The translations under genes and the position numbers were made by a program. From the NCBI GenBank assembly GCA_965153455.1, contig OZ234493.1, forward strand, positions 7,740,213 to 7,804,212: a DNA stretch of 64,000 nucleotides, in the 5' to 3' direction. Source of the DNA: Sphagnum compactum (taxonomy: Eukaryota). This document shows positions 24,877-41,516 of this stretch, piece by piece (positions within the stretch are counted from its first letter, which is position 1; every line of letters begins with the position of its first letter). Below the pieces are notes generated by a model. The model saw nothing but the letters and a program-made list of their open reading frames with translations. It did not search any database and had not been told where the DNA came from.

Positions 24877-27619
24877 ATGGAGAGATGGTATGGTGAGAGG
24901 ATGATGAGGAAGGCAAGTAAGAGCCTTGATGAATTGTTGGGCAGAGGGGAGCTGGTGAAAATAATGGAGGAGTATACAGTGCCGATGCTGGTGGAAATGA
25001 CAGAAAGGAAGTTGATTGGGGTGCTGGAGAGCAAGCAACTGGGCTTTCTTGACTACTCCTGCATTGCCACTGCTGTATGGTCAGAGAAAAAATTCCTTTC
25101 TCATCAACAACATACAAAGCAACGCGCACCTCGCGTGCTCTTTTCTCAAGGTTTTTTTTTTCCCAAAGCTTTGAACAACACTATTGAAGACTAGCTCATC
25201 TGCAACTCATCTGTGCACCATTTTGGTTCGAACTTGCATTAACTGTCCTCTTTTTTGGTTTGTGTAAACGATCTCATCTTGAACTCTCTCACTTGTAAAT
25301 TGTTTGAGATTGCCGATTCTATTTTTTTAAGAAGGGGGGTTTTTCGTTTTTGTTTTTGGGTTTCTTTGTTTTAAAGCTGTGTTGTGAGGATTGCACTTTG
25401 TTTGTAGAGTTTTTGAATCCAGAAGATGATGATGATGATGATTTGATTTGATTATTTTATGTTTTGATTTACAAACTTTGATTCTCTTTCTTGGAGGTAG
25501 GCCTGCTTTCAAGAGTTTGCATTGAGCTCAAGATCATTTTCTGTTGTTGAAAGGTGCCTCTTTCCATGTGCTTCTTCCTTCCTGTCAGTCAAGCTCCTTT
25601 TTTTTTGGTCTTTTTCTTTTTATCCCCCTTTACAAACAAGCTCACAAAAGTTGTCTGTGGCAAGTTTTTCCCCCAGCTCTTGGTTCAATGGTTCAGCAGT
25701 TGCTAGGCTCTACTTGCAAGCCCTCCTCCTTTCAACAAGAAGAATTATTTCGGGCTTCAAATATTTTTTGACCTTCTTTGTGTTTCAAAGAAACAGAATT
25801 TCAAGAAAGCTACAAACCATGTCCATTTCTGTGGGTTTACCTGAATTGTGCTTTACTATAGAAAGTCATACTACCCCCCTTTTTCTCATCGTAATAACAA
25901 TTTTATTTCAAAATAGCTTTTGAAATTATTGGGGGTATATTAGAGCTCAAACAGACAGACGGAAAAATCATGGTGAATCAGAAAGGCAGAAAACCCACCT
26001 GTGTTTTTATGGACCCTTTTTCTTTCAGATCTAGAGATCTGATGTGAGCATTTTATTATTATTATTATTGTTATTTTTGGCTGGTTAGCTGACCTCATGT
26101 GTTAAAGCCAAGCTGTAAATATTGGGATGCTGCAACAGTGACACTTTCCATTGCAATATTTGTTTATTATATCACTAAAACAGAACTTGAGATCTGAAAG
26201 TTGTGAAAGAGAAAATGCTACGGGTCACCAAAATGGGGACCAAGAAAGTAGGCAGTTAACATTTGATTTGTAGATGTGGCAATTATGCGTAGTGCTTTTT
26301 TGTGCAGTCGAGTAAAACATTGCATCGAAAAATTGAGAAATTTGAGAGATTGAGTGAAGAAAGGAACATGTCTTCTGTACCGATGAATGGGTCATATATG
26401 AGAGAGATATAATGGTTTTAGCGAAACAGCAAATTCTAAAGCAATCTCTTTGTATTTCTGTGTGGCAGGATCAAAGCAGAAAAAGACAAAACACATGGAG
26501 GAAGGAAGCTTTAGAACAACAGATATGGATGCAGCACTATGGAGCTTACTGCCTGAGCATCTGTTGGACCGAATTTTGGCATGTTTGTCTCTTCCAAACC
26601 TTCTTTGTATGCGGCCTGTCTGTAAGAGATGGAGCAGTCTGCTCACCACCCAGACCTTCCTTGAGATTTGCACCAAAGTTCCACAAAAGCCTTCACTCTT
26701 AGCTGTGTTTGAAAAGGGGGAGCATGGGGTGCTCACAAAAGGATGCTACACATTTTGCCCCAAATCGGAGAAATGGTTCCCCATGACCATGAACTCGCTA
26801 CCTTTCAAAGAAGGCGATCAGATGGTGACATCCCAAGGCCTCCTATGCTATGTGCCACAAAAAGACGGAGAGAATGAAGATTTGCTAGTTGTGTGTAATC
26901 CACTCACAAAAGCATGGAGGTTGATCCCACTTTCCAAGAGCATCCAAATGTTGTTCCTGTTGGCAATGGCAGTTGACCAAACAACACATGCATACAAGGT
27001 CATAGTAACAGGAGTAACAGAGAAGCTTGACGGGCAGCAACTTGATGCGTATTGCCTCATTACTCAAGTCTATGATTCAATCACTGAGACATGGCAAGTT
27101 TCTGGAGAGCTGCCCCCAGGTCGTCTCTTCCCATTGCACTCGGTCTGGTGTGATGGCTTCCTGTATGGATGGTGTGGCAAGGCAGATCGGATATGGATCT
27201 ATGACATCAACCATGGCTCATGGAAAGGTGTCAGATTGCAGCTCCCCGAGCATGTTATGAACTCAGATGTGCATCTTGTTGAATGCCAAGGCAAAGTCTT
27301 GTTGGTGACAGAAACAGCAGGATACTCAGGAAGTTGGCCTCAGATTTGGGACCTTGAACTTTCTACTATGGCTTGCACCCAGATTGCTCAAGCACCTAAA
27401 CGCCTTTCTCACTCTTTTTTCGAAAATGTATGCGAGTTTCAGTGTGTGGGTTACAATGATGCCATTTGTTTTATTGCTCATGAGATTCCAGATGTTTTGA
27501 TGTACCAACCCACAAAGAAGAAATGGCGGTGGATGCCGAGATGCCCCAAATTCTCTGGCTGGCATCCTTATGGCTTCATGGGAATGTCTTTAGAACTCCG
27601 AGCAGACATTGCAGTGTAG
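24877..27619 (+). CDS. F-box protein with C-terminal kelch/FBA-like beta-propeller (UFO/LCR/At5g15710-like class); two coding exons, ~474 aa
   Basis: Exon 2 (26469-27619) has an F-box (MDAALWSLLPEHLLDRILACL..VCKRW) and propeller motifs GLLC, VCNPLTKAWRLIP, QVYDS..W, LVECQGKVLLV. Exon 1 (24877-25150, donor CAAG|GT) joins acceptor GGCAG|G at 26468/9 in frame (..FSQG|SKQKKTKHMEEG..). Alternative start: ATG 26495. Confidence 0.88.
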
Positions 27620-28844
27620 TAGTAGGGCCTTCCTCAAAACAGAGTGATCTGAATATCTTTCACACAACCCAAATTGTCAGTTATCACTGCCAGCTACAGA
27701 TAGAATCCACCTATGAGGCCCAGGTTTGGTGAGGGGGAGGTTTTTGTTTCTTCAAAAGCTAGAAAGGAATTTTTAATTTTTTAATCTTTTTTCTATTCAA
27801 TTAAGAAATCAGCTCTTACAGAAATACACTGTCTGCAAAGGTTTCCAATTTTGAGTGTTGCTGAATAAGATGATGGGTGGACTTTTAACATACATATATG
27901 CTCACAAATGCTCTGTGCTGACAACAATTGTATGTACATTTTTGTGCAAAGTGGAGAGCATACTTTTCATCTTTCACACTCTGTAGAACTCTGGCTTTTG
28001 GTAATCCTCCTGCTGGTGAGCATTTTGGGATATCATACCCAGGCCTCCAGATTGGTCTGAAACAGTTACAGTAGTTGGCACTCAAGAGTAGCACAAATTT
28101 TCATAACATGGAAAGGCTTCGATGGAGCACACATGCCTCAAATTTTGACCACTGGTTGAACTCCTGCATCAAACTTGTTAGAACTACAGTACAACATCCA
28201 AAACAAAACTGCACCATGTACAAGCCAATCATGCCTTAGTCATACTTCAAGACCATATTTTGCCCAGCATCTGTTTTCCAAAGATGAAACTTTGTTTCAA
28301 AGAGTCCCAACTGGGAAAGGTACCTGGAAAAAGAAGGGACACTATTGTGCAGGAAGCCAGCACAACAGTACTGACCTTTCTGGTTTATTAGTTTGCTGGT
28401 GTACCCTGCAGTACTTCATATATTCACAAGTTCCATCATATAGGAACTACCAAGTATCATAAAAACTTGCAGATATATATGAATCTGTTATTTGTCTGAA
28501 CCTTGTCTGCAGGATGTGAAAGGGTAGAAACCCCTGCAAATTGTACAATCAAATTAGGCTTCAGGCTCAAAAAAACACTGGATGTGGCAAAAACAACCAA
28601 AAGCACCTTTGAGGATGGCAGCTGCTTGATCAAGGTCATCCTCACCTGCATGTTTCATCACTGACCCTACGACACTGAAAAATTCCCTTCCCTGAGAAGG
28701 CAGTAGCTCCCTACATACACAAGAGTGTAGGGAGCTGTCATTGTGCATGGCACATACCCACTTGCATTGAATATCTACAATTATCTTTTGATAATTTCAT
28801 AGCTGAAGATACAACAAACCCGCTTATTCAGTACTGTGTAAAGT

Positions 28845-31800
28845 CTAAAGATCCATGCAAAATTCCATGAGAATAGCTGATGCACGTCGTCGAGTCCTGG
28901 GTGTTACTTTCCATTTCTCAACTAGGACCTTCTTGAGGGCATTGCAAGAGGTGATGACAGTGGCCACTCCCACTGCTGTTACACCTGGACAATACACCAT
29001 GTGACATGACTCCAGCTTCTTACACTTGTTCACCAATAGGCTTAACCCTACATCTGTAATTCGCCGACAATGTGATAGCACCACTTCCTTCAGCAATGGA
29101 CACCCCTTCCCAAGTGCCACCAGTCCCATATCTCCCACATTCTGCACACTCATTATTTAAACTGAACTTCAGTCCCAGATCTCTAGAAGTCTGCACAGTT
29201 TTATTTACTGATGAAGCATCCACGTAAAGAGGTCTGACTCTGATGGCAAAAAAGATAGAAAAAGTATTTTATTGAAGACTAGTTCTCAAATGGGTCTTCA
29301 GCTAAAAAGAATAATCATCTTCATCACTGGCTCAGAAGGAATACTTTTGGTGAGAACTTTTGACCACTTGTACTAGAGGACTTGACCAGTAACACTAGAG
29401 AACTGGATCTGCTACCTACTCTTGGAACCTCCCACTCTGAAGATAAAGCCAAAGCTAGATAGTCCTAATAGTATGGATGATTATTGTCGTGAGGTTACAA
29501 AGGCTCTCTAATGGCTCAATGGACTCCCAAATAAAATTGAACAGGAATTTTCCTACAGCTGAAGTCATCAGAGGATTTTGAAGTTGCATTGCAGTAGAAA
29601 TGAATCAACCAAAGAGATTTAGAGATCAATTTAGGATGTGTAAATTTTTGCTTTACTGATTTGCTTCAACTTTAGCCCAGAAAATGCTACTGAATCTCAG
29701 GCAACTAACCTGACAGACACTGACGTCCAAGTGAAGGAGAAGAGGACATCCTTGTGCTATGGCAGAAAGGCCACTGTCTCCCACCCGATGACACCCACTC
29801 ACATTGATCTGCTTCAGTTGGTGACACCCTTGCCCTACTGCTATAAGTGCGTCATCTCCTATTCTGTAAAACAGTGGTATAAAATCACGATACTCGCCCT
29901 TGTTATGAAGCACACAATCATTTCACATTATTTGGTCCCTCCTTAGATCCCAAACTGAATCTCCATTTCGTCTTAAGTATGACTAACGTAGACATCTAAA
30001 GCCACTCAATATATCAATCCACCTGTTCAGGCTAAGTCAGTGTTCAGGTCAAGACAACTTTTAAGACTGGAGGTTGCCTGAAGAATCACAAGAGTTTCAG
30101 AGTATCATGGAATCAAAGCACAATTAATTAGAGGATGTAAACCTGTCACAGAAACGGAGACTGAGGTCTGTCATCTGTTTGCAGTGTGTACCAATTGCCA
30201 CTATACCCTTGTCTCCAACCTGCACAAAAGAGGAGATAGTGTAAGAGAATGACAGAAGTTAGTTTGTTATATGAAAGGAGCATAGCTTGACTTACCCCAG
30301 TGGGTCCACACAGCATGGCAGTAACCAGGTCAGGCCCTCAGTGCCCAGAGGGTGTAGAGAACACATTCTCATCCAGGTACAAGATAATTATCTCCCCTCC
30401 CTAGTTTGAGGACCTTGCATTCTCCAGCCCCTTGCAAGAGAAGAGGGTCACAAAAGGGAAGAAATAAGGGAGATAAAAGAGATACCTTATAACAGCGGCG
30501 CACGTGGAGCCGACGGAGAAGGGGACAGCCAAGGGCTATGCTACCCACACCTATGTCACCGATCCCTGCGCAGTCCACCAAGTGCAGGGCCCGGAGGAGA
30601 GGACAGCCAGCACCTACTTCAACAAGCCCTTCATCTCCAATCTTTTGGCAGTATTTCACAACAAGCTCTACCAGTTTCCTGCAAACCCAAATGAAATAGC
30701 AAGTCCATTTCCTGTCAGAAATAACTCTACAGAGCTATGAAAGCTTCAGGAAATCACTGAGATATCTACCAGCAGGAATGGGAGCTTTGAACATGAATAA
30801 GAACTGTGGGTTCTGCAAACTTTGAGAACTTCAGTGGGTGCTTTCACAATACCAATAGGAGAAACAATAGGGAACTAAGGATCTTGAAAATCATTTCAAC
30901 AAGTAGCCCATTGTCGATCTCAATTGGAATGTCAACATCACATTGCACATTTATTTAATGTGGATGCCTGGACACCTTTAGAATATCTCCCAGTTTTGTG
31001 ACTTGATGCCCACATTCTGCTTGCATGATTGAACTTATGCCAATACTCAAGGACCTCAATTGTTTGCTTACCGACAAGAACGGCCAATGGCTTGGAGGCC
31101 AGCAGTACCGATATTATGGCACCCATTGATTTCCAGCACTGTAAGCTCAGGGCAGCCACTTGCTATAGCTGCCAAACTGCGGTCACTAACATAATATGAG
31201 TCGCTCAGTGTCACTGCTCTCAGCCGTTTGCATCCCCCACCTATAGCCACCAACCCACTGCACCAGAATTCCACAAGTGGAGATGTCAAAATAGCAGGGT
31301 TTTATGTCCTTTTAATTTCAACACATTGTAGTAGAATGGCAGCAAGGACCTAATTTATGTGGAATTACAACAAGCTGGATAGAGCAGGGCAAAAGATGCT
31401 ATAGAAGGAACCATGGTGCATCTGCATCCACAACACCTTCTGTGCACTATGGTGGGATCTGTGTTGCTTTTTGCTGCATAATAACATGACAAGTGGAGAG
31501 ACTAGTTACCTCTCAGTAAATTTCTGAAAGCTGAATAAGGCCATTGTCTCCAAAGAAAGGCAGGAGTGGCCCACAACAAGCAAGGCCTCATCAGTGACAT
31601 TTATGCACTTCAATTGGAGTGAATTTAATCTAGGGCAGCCTTCAGCGATGGCCGTAACACCAGCTGTGCGGATACTCTCAGACTCCAAATATAGTTTTTC
31701 AAGAATTGGACAGTTTGCCCCTACTGATTGTAAGGCGACATCTGTCACCCTTGCACATGATGCAATTCCAAGTGATTTCAGAGTTTTGCCACACCCTTCT

Positions 31801-33463
31801 GCAACTGCAACTATTCCTTCATCACCTACACCTTCACAGAACTTTAGATTGAGCTCTTCCAAATGTTTTGATGACTCTCCAACTGCTCGTAATCCACAGT
31901 CACCCACATAACAGCCCTACAAATTCCATGCCCACATTTCACATCAGATATCCCATGCGCATTGCTTTTACAACAGTCCAGAAATATATCCATTGACCAA
32001 CACAGTACTGATTTATGAGTCAGGGTAGACAGAAGAACAAGGTAGAACATACAAACAACATCCCTGCTATTCATGATGACAGTTGGTCGAGGAGTGCTCT
32101 GTTACAACTTGGACACTTGAGAACACTGAAAAACATTCTTTGGGATTTCAATGGCAAGATCTCCCAAAAGTGGTTCTCAGGAATCTGCAGGGTAGACATA
32201 CATGGGAGGGAGAAGCACCTACCTGCATATCAAGAACTCTCAAGCCACTGCAAGCTTGCACAAGGATGACAAGGCCACAACTTGAGATGGCGGAACACCA
32301 AATGAGGCACAGTTTCTCCAACTGGGGGCAACCCTCTGCCAGAACTTGCAACCCTGTGTCCGAGAAACCTGTATCCCATAAACTGTTGAGTCCTAAATCC
32401 AGTCCTTCTGTTTCACTGCCCAATACGATTGCACTTCGTCGCCTTCGTTTCCTTGCTGATGTGGTGCCTTCATCCTTTCCCATTCTCCATATTAAAAAAA
32501 AGCATTTGCATCTTTCATTCTTCCCACAGAGTGACTAACAACTTCACACTTACTACCAATTATTACCACCATTGAATTTTTTTTTGTAACAATTCCATAT
32601 CTTGAACATAACACAACATCTATGATTCTTCCCTGGCACACAAAAGCGCATCACAATGCTGCTTTCTCTCTCATTATAGAAAAGTGTCTCTAGAGCCAAT
32701 ACCCTTTATCCCTTCCAGTTACAGCTTGGATATGTTTTCACTGTTTCGACATCCAAAGATATTGTGCCACCCCCCATACATACCATGGAAAGCATGTCCG
32801 GTTTTACTTGAGCAAATTGTGAAATGTGCTACTATATTATACATTCGTATATACATACAGTTCATAAACAGGAATAGCTTGACAAGCTTCGAAATTGAGA
32901 AAAAGATACTAAGGTATTACAAGAAACCCTAGAAACCTTCAAGGAAGGAAAAACAACTCCTCCTCTCCGGAATCAAAACAAAAGAATTTTGGAGCCATTT
33001 ATTGCGACTGAAGTTATCAGTGATTGATGTTGATGAGCTTCTTCTTCTTCTTCTTGTGCTTCCGATTGGGAGTTGTTTCTAAGGGCAGGTCTTTTTTCTC
33101 AAACACCAGAAATGAATGCAGTAGCGGATTTTGTCAGGATTTTCGTTTACTTACAAGAGGGCGTCGGATGAGACATTGGCGAGGAGCAAGCCTGGGGTGG
33201 TGGTGGTGCTGCATTGGCACTTTGAGCTTCTCATCCACACAGACTTGTCGCAGATCTGTGTATCTTTGTACTATTTTGGCCAAGCACTTGTCCGGGTGTC
33301 CTGTCGCTCCCAGTGTAATCGTCTGCCTGCTTGCACTCTCCAGCCTGCGCCATCTGTGACAAACCAGCGCACAAGCAGCTCGGTTTGCTCCCACTCTTCC
33401 CATGATCTCCATCACCGCCTCGTCTGGCAACACCTTGTTTATCACGTCTTCTCCTCCCTTCAT
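28845..33463 (-). CDS. FBL4: F-box/LRR-repeat protein 4-like (cysteine-containing LRRs)
   Basis: The N-terminus MKGGEDVINKVLPDEAVMEIM..NRAACALVCHRWRRLESASRQTITLGA and C-terminus KKVLVEKWKVTPRTRRRA..LCMDL-type match the FBL4 family. Phase-checked exons: 33155-33463, ~32223-32480 (5' edge uncertain), 31510-31916, 31072-31257, 30486-30678, 30143-30219, 29710-29863, 28845-29141. One or two extra small exons may lie between 32500 and 33100 (e.g. 32938-33079). Confidence 0.92.
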
Positions 33464-34520
33464 CCTGATTCTCCACCCGCCGCCTTCCCCAGCTTTCTCC
33501 TAATTTTCCATCAACCTCCTGTAGATAGATAGATAGATCTCTTTCCTATCTCTGCTGTGCTGCTCCAAAACAGGAGCAAACAGCTGCTTCTGCTTCTTCT
33601 TCTTCTTCTTGCAAAAATTCAGTAATAAGAAGAATATGAATGCCTTTCCAAACGGCCCCCCCTTTTTTCACTCTCTATCACCACCGCCACAACAACAACA
33701 ACGACACCCTTGGCAACAACAAGAAGCAAGAAGAAAACTCAATTCCACTATTACCACAACTTTCGCAGAACCGCAGCCACTTGCCATGCCTTTTTGTTCA
33801 CAAACCACGTTCTTGCCCTCTCCACAAAACTTCCGAATTCCTCCAGAAACACCAATTCTCCACACCACGAGCGACCACCAAAAAAAAAACTGTGTCCGTC
33901 ACTCTCTCTCTCTCTCTCGCTTAGAGAGAAGAAGAGCGATAGGGGAGGGGAAAAGAAGGTGCAAGACTCAGAAGAAGAAGCAGAAGGTGCAAAACTTGTG
34001 ACCAAAAAAAGGACAAGAACCAAAAGAGGGGACGAGATCGGGAGCATCAAGGCACCAAATTGGGTGCCACTTGAGTTAGATTGTTTTACAGCTAATGAAA
34101 AACACGGAGTTCCGTGTGGGTGGATACAAAAAACGAAAAGGAATAGAATGCAACGGGAAAAGAAATTGGAAAGAGTTGACGAGACGCTCGCGACAGTGCT
34201 TGCGTCCTCGGAATCGCAAGCGCGTGCGTTTCGTCGGTCGGTCGATCGAAGGGAAGGGAAGAAGGCGAAGGAAACAAGGGACCAAATTTGGGACCAAATT
34301 TGGTGGCGCTCAAGAGGAGAAAGAGAGAGACAAGAGACAGAGCTTTACAGTTTGGACGACGCTCTTGGTTTTTTTTTTTTTTTTTTCTTTATCTAATAAC
34401 TGCCCCGTCTGCCCCTGGACTGCCCTTACTTACTTACGATGGAAACGAGACGAGAATCACCTTTTTTTCTTTTTTTTAATATTTAAATTGTGATACCTAT
34501 GCTCATAATTATTTACCCCT

Positions 34521-34522
34521 TA

Positions 34523-34553
<31 letters not shown>

Positions 34554-34572
34554 ATATATATATATATATATA
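34521..34572. repeat. Compound microsatellite (TAAA)n(TA)n
   Basis: Directly visible tandem TAAA units followed by TA units. Confidence 0.9.
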
Positions 34573-35119
34573 AATTCCTCTTTGTCCTCTTCCCAATGGA
34601 GTCGCTTGATGTAAGAATCTAGGCATCTAGATTTGCTCCAAATCATGGGTGGGGTTTAGGTAGGTACCCTAGGTTCTACCTATTATGACACCTATTTTTT
34701 ATTTTAATATTTTAAATTTTAATCTTTTTTTGTTAATTTTTGGATTTTTTTTCAATTAAATTTTGGATTAATTAAAAAAAAATTCTTGATGAATACAAGA
34801 GGCTTAATTCAACACCCCCATATTAGATCCTTTCTCCAAGTTGTGAATGCAATTTACCAACAAGCAAACACCTCTTGAAAATTATTTTAGGTCAATAAGG
34901 AAAATATGTACAACTAAGCCTAATTCTAATTTTTAGGTCAATTAAGGAAACCCCACAACTAAAGCTTTATGTTTACTATATATATATATAGTATGGTCTT
35001 GAGCTTTTCTTCTTCTTTCCTTTTTTGGTCATCAAAAAAATAAAATAAAATTTCCCTAAGGAATCAATCCATGTCTTAAGTCTTAAGCCTTTTTTACAAC
35101 TTGAAAATGGAAGCTTTAT

Positions 35120-35487
35120 TAATGTGACCCCTGCACATTAAAATCAGATGAAAGAAAGTCAACATATGCCGATTTTGCTCTGGAAAATGGGTTTTTCTCC
35201 TGCATATTATTTGGCTCAGTTTGCTGAGGCTGGTAAAAGGCGCAACAAAGCTGTGCACCTGCTAGAGAGGAGTGTAATAGATACGACCTGACTGACTGCT
35301 ACTCCTTGTTTTTGATCCCCCTCAAATCACAATGATTGGTCCAGGTGGTTTGCTATCAGTAGTTGCCACCCATTTGCAGCCCTTGTTTCAGTTTCGTAGG
35401 TGGAGTTACAAAAAAGTTAAATAACTAAAACTTGGATGTAAAAAATATTTTTGCAGGCTCACATACTGAGCGCCGGTGGGGATGCTC
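35120..35487 (-). mobile_element. Tourist-like MITE copy F (reverse orientation, left TIR mostly lost)
   Basis: Body is the reverse complement of copy A; ends cacatactgagcgccggtggggatgctc followed by TTA. Confidence 0.85.
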
Positions 35488-36168
35488 TTAGTCCACCATT
35501 TCTATTATCAAACACTAATTTATTTATTTTCAATTAATTATTTTGCTTTAGAAAAAAGTAGTGAAGCAAATGACCATGGCCCCATGAAAGAAAAACCACG
35601 AAAGTGTGTACTTTTCACATTGGGAATTATTACACAATTTCCCAAGGTCGCTCGCTCTGGTGATGAATGTGCTAATGGAATGGGGCCCATTCTTTCCACT
35701 CAAGAAGTCAAGGCTAGCTTCCTTACCAACCCCGACGTTGCTCCGTCAGGTGGGTAACAACAGGTTATATCAGGGGCCCATTCCACCTGCGCAAAAGATG
35801 GTTTTTTTCATGAGGTTTTTTTGAAATAACCAGAACCAGGTCATTAACAAAATCTGATACCCGCTCCACCACCGAAAATGTTACTATGGGAAAAAAAGAC
35901 GATTAAGAGATGATGGAAGAAGGATTAAGAGAGTTAGCATTGAATAGATCTAAACAAAGTGTAATAATATCAAGTGTGTGCGTGACCATGAAGATGATGA
36001 TGATTTCATGGGTGTAGTAGCAGAGAGACACACTCTTCTTCTTTTTCAAAAATCAAATTTACTACCAGAGACAGATGAAGAGATGATTGTAAAAAAAAAG
36101 GGATTTAAAAGTTGATGAATGAATCCAACAAGTGAATAGCTGGTACCTGAATTGTTTTGCTACCTGAT

Positions 36169-36268
36169 GATGACCGTGGATCACCTACCCATGATCATCT
36201 TGAGCTTTTATGATTTAAGATGACTGTGGATTACCGACCCATGATCATCTTGAGCTTATATAATTTAA
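36169..36268. repeat. Tandem duplication, 2 x 50 bp, just downstream of the SCPL stop codon (probable 3' UTR)
   Basis: gatgac(c/t)gtggat(c/t)acc(t/g)acccatgatcatcttgagctt(t/a)tat(g/a)atttaa starting at 36169 and 36219. Confidence 0.9.
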
Positions 36269-36375
36269 ATGGTCACTTTCTTCAATCTTTCAAGCTATCC
36301 TGGTAATGGAAGAATGGATTGATGGGTTTAGGGTTTAGGGTTTGGGGAAGGAAATGGAAGTCACCAACTGGAAGA

Positions 36376-41018
<4,643 letters not shown>

Positions 41019-41516
41019 AGCTTCAATCTCTTCTCCCTTTGCTGCTACTGCTTCTTCTTGCAGTGTGTTGTATAAGCCACACAGACAGGGTCTAGAACTG
41101 TGGGGGGGGGGGGGGGACACTCGATGTTGCGGTGAGAGTGATGAGATTAGCGTAATCACAACGCCGACTAAATCCGATTAACGACTAAATGAGATTAGCA
41201 CTAAAGAGATTGACACTAACCCAACACCTAATGGACTCCCCTAAACTGAAATTAACAACTAAATTGAAGATCACATGAAGAACTTTTTATGAGATTAGCG
41301 TAATCATAGAACAAACTAAATCAGATTAATCACTAAATCAGGTTAGCGTAATCACAGAGCAGACTTAAAAGCCTTAAGATGAGATTAAGCACTAAATGAG
41401 ATTAACACTAACTACTATCAAGTCAGGGATGGATGGGTATCTATCTATCTGTCTATCCACCCACCCACCCACTCCATTGCTTTGACCCAAGGAAGTTGAG
41501 AAGGACATAGCAAGTT

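Noticed and set aside
26910..27290. Partial miR394-like target matches in the F-box CDS (ggaggttga; gaatgccaa)
   Set aside because: Only 9-nt matches at two separate places; no contiguous site.
30478..30485. Possible U12-type donor (GTATCT..) in FBL4
   Set aside because: Does not match the GTATCCTT consensus, and no clear U12 branch point was seen.
33609..34493. Long plus-strand ORFs (e.g. 33710-34396, 228 aa)
   Set aside because: Low-complexity Lys/Arg/Glu translation of the GA-rich antisense of the FBL4 leader; no domain features.
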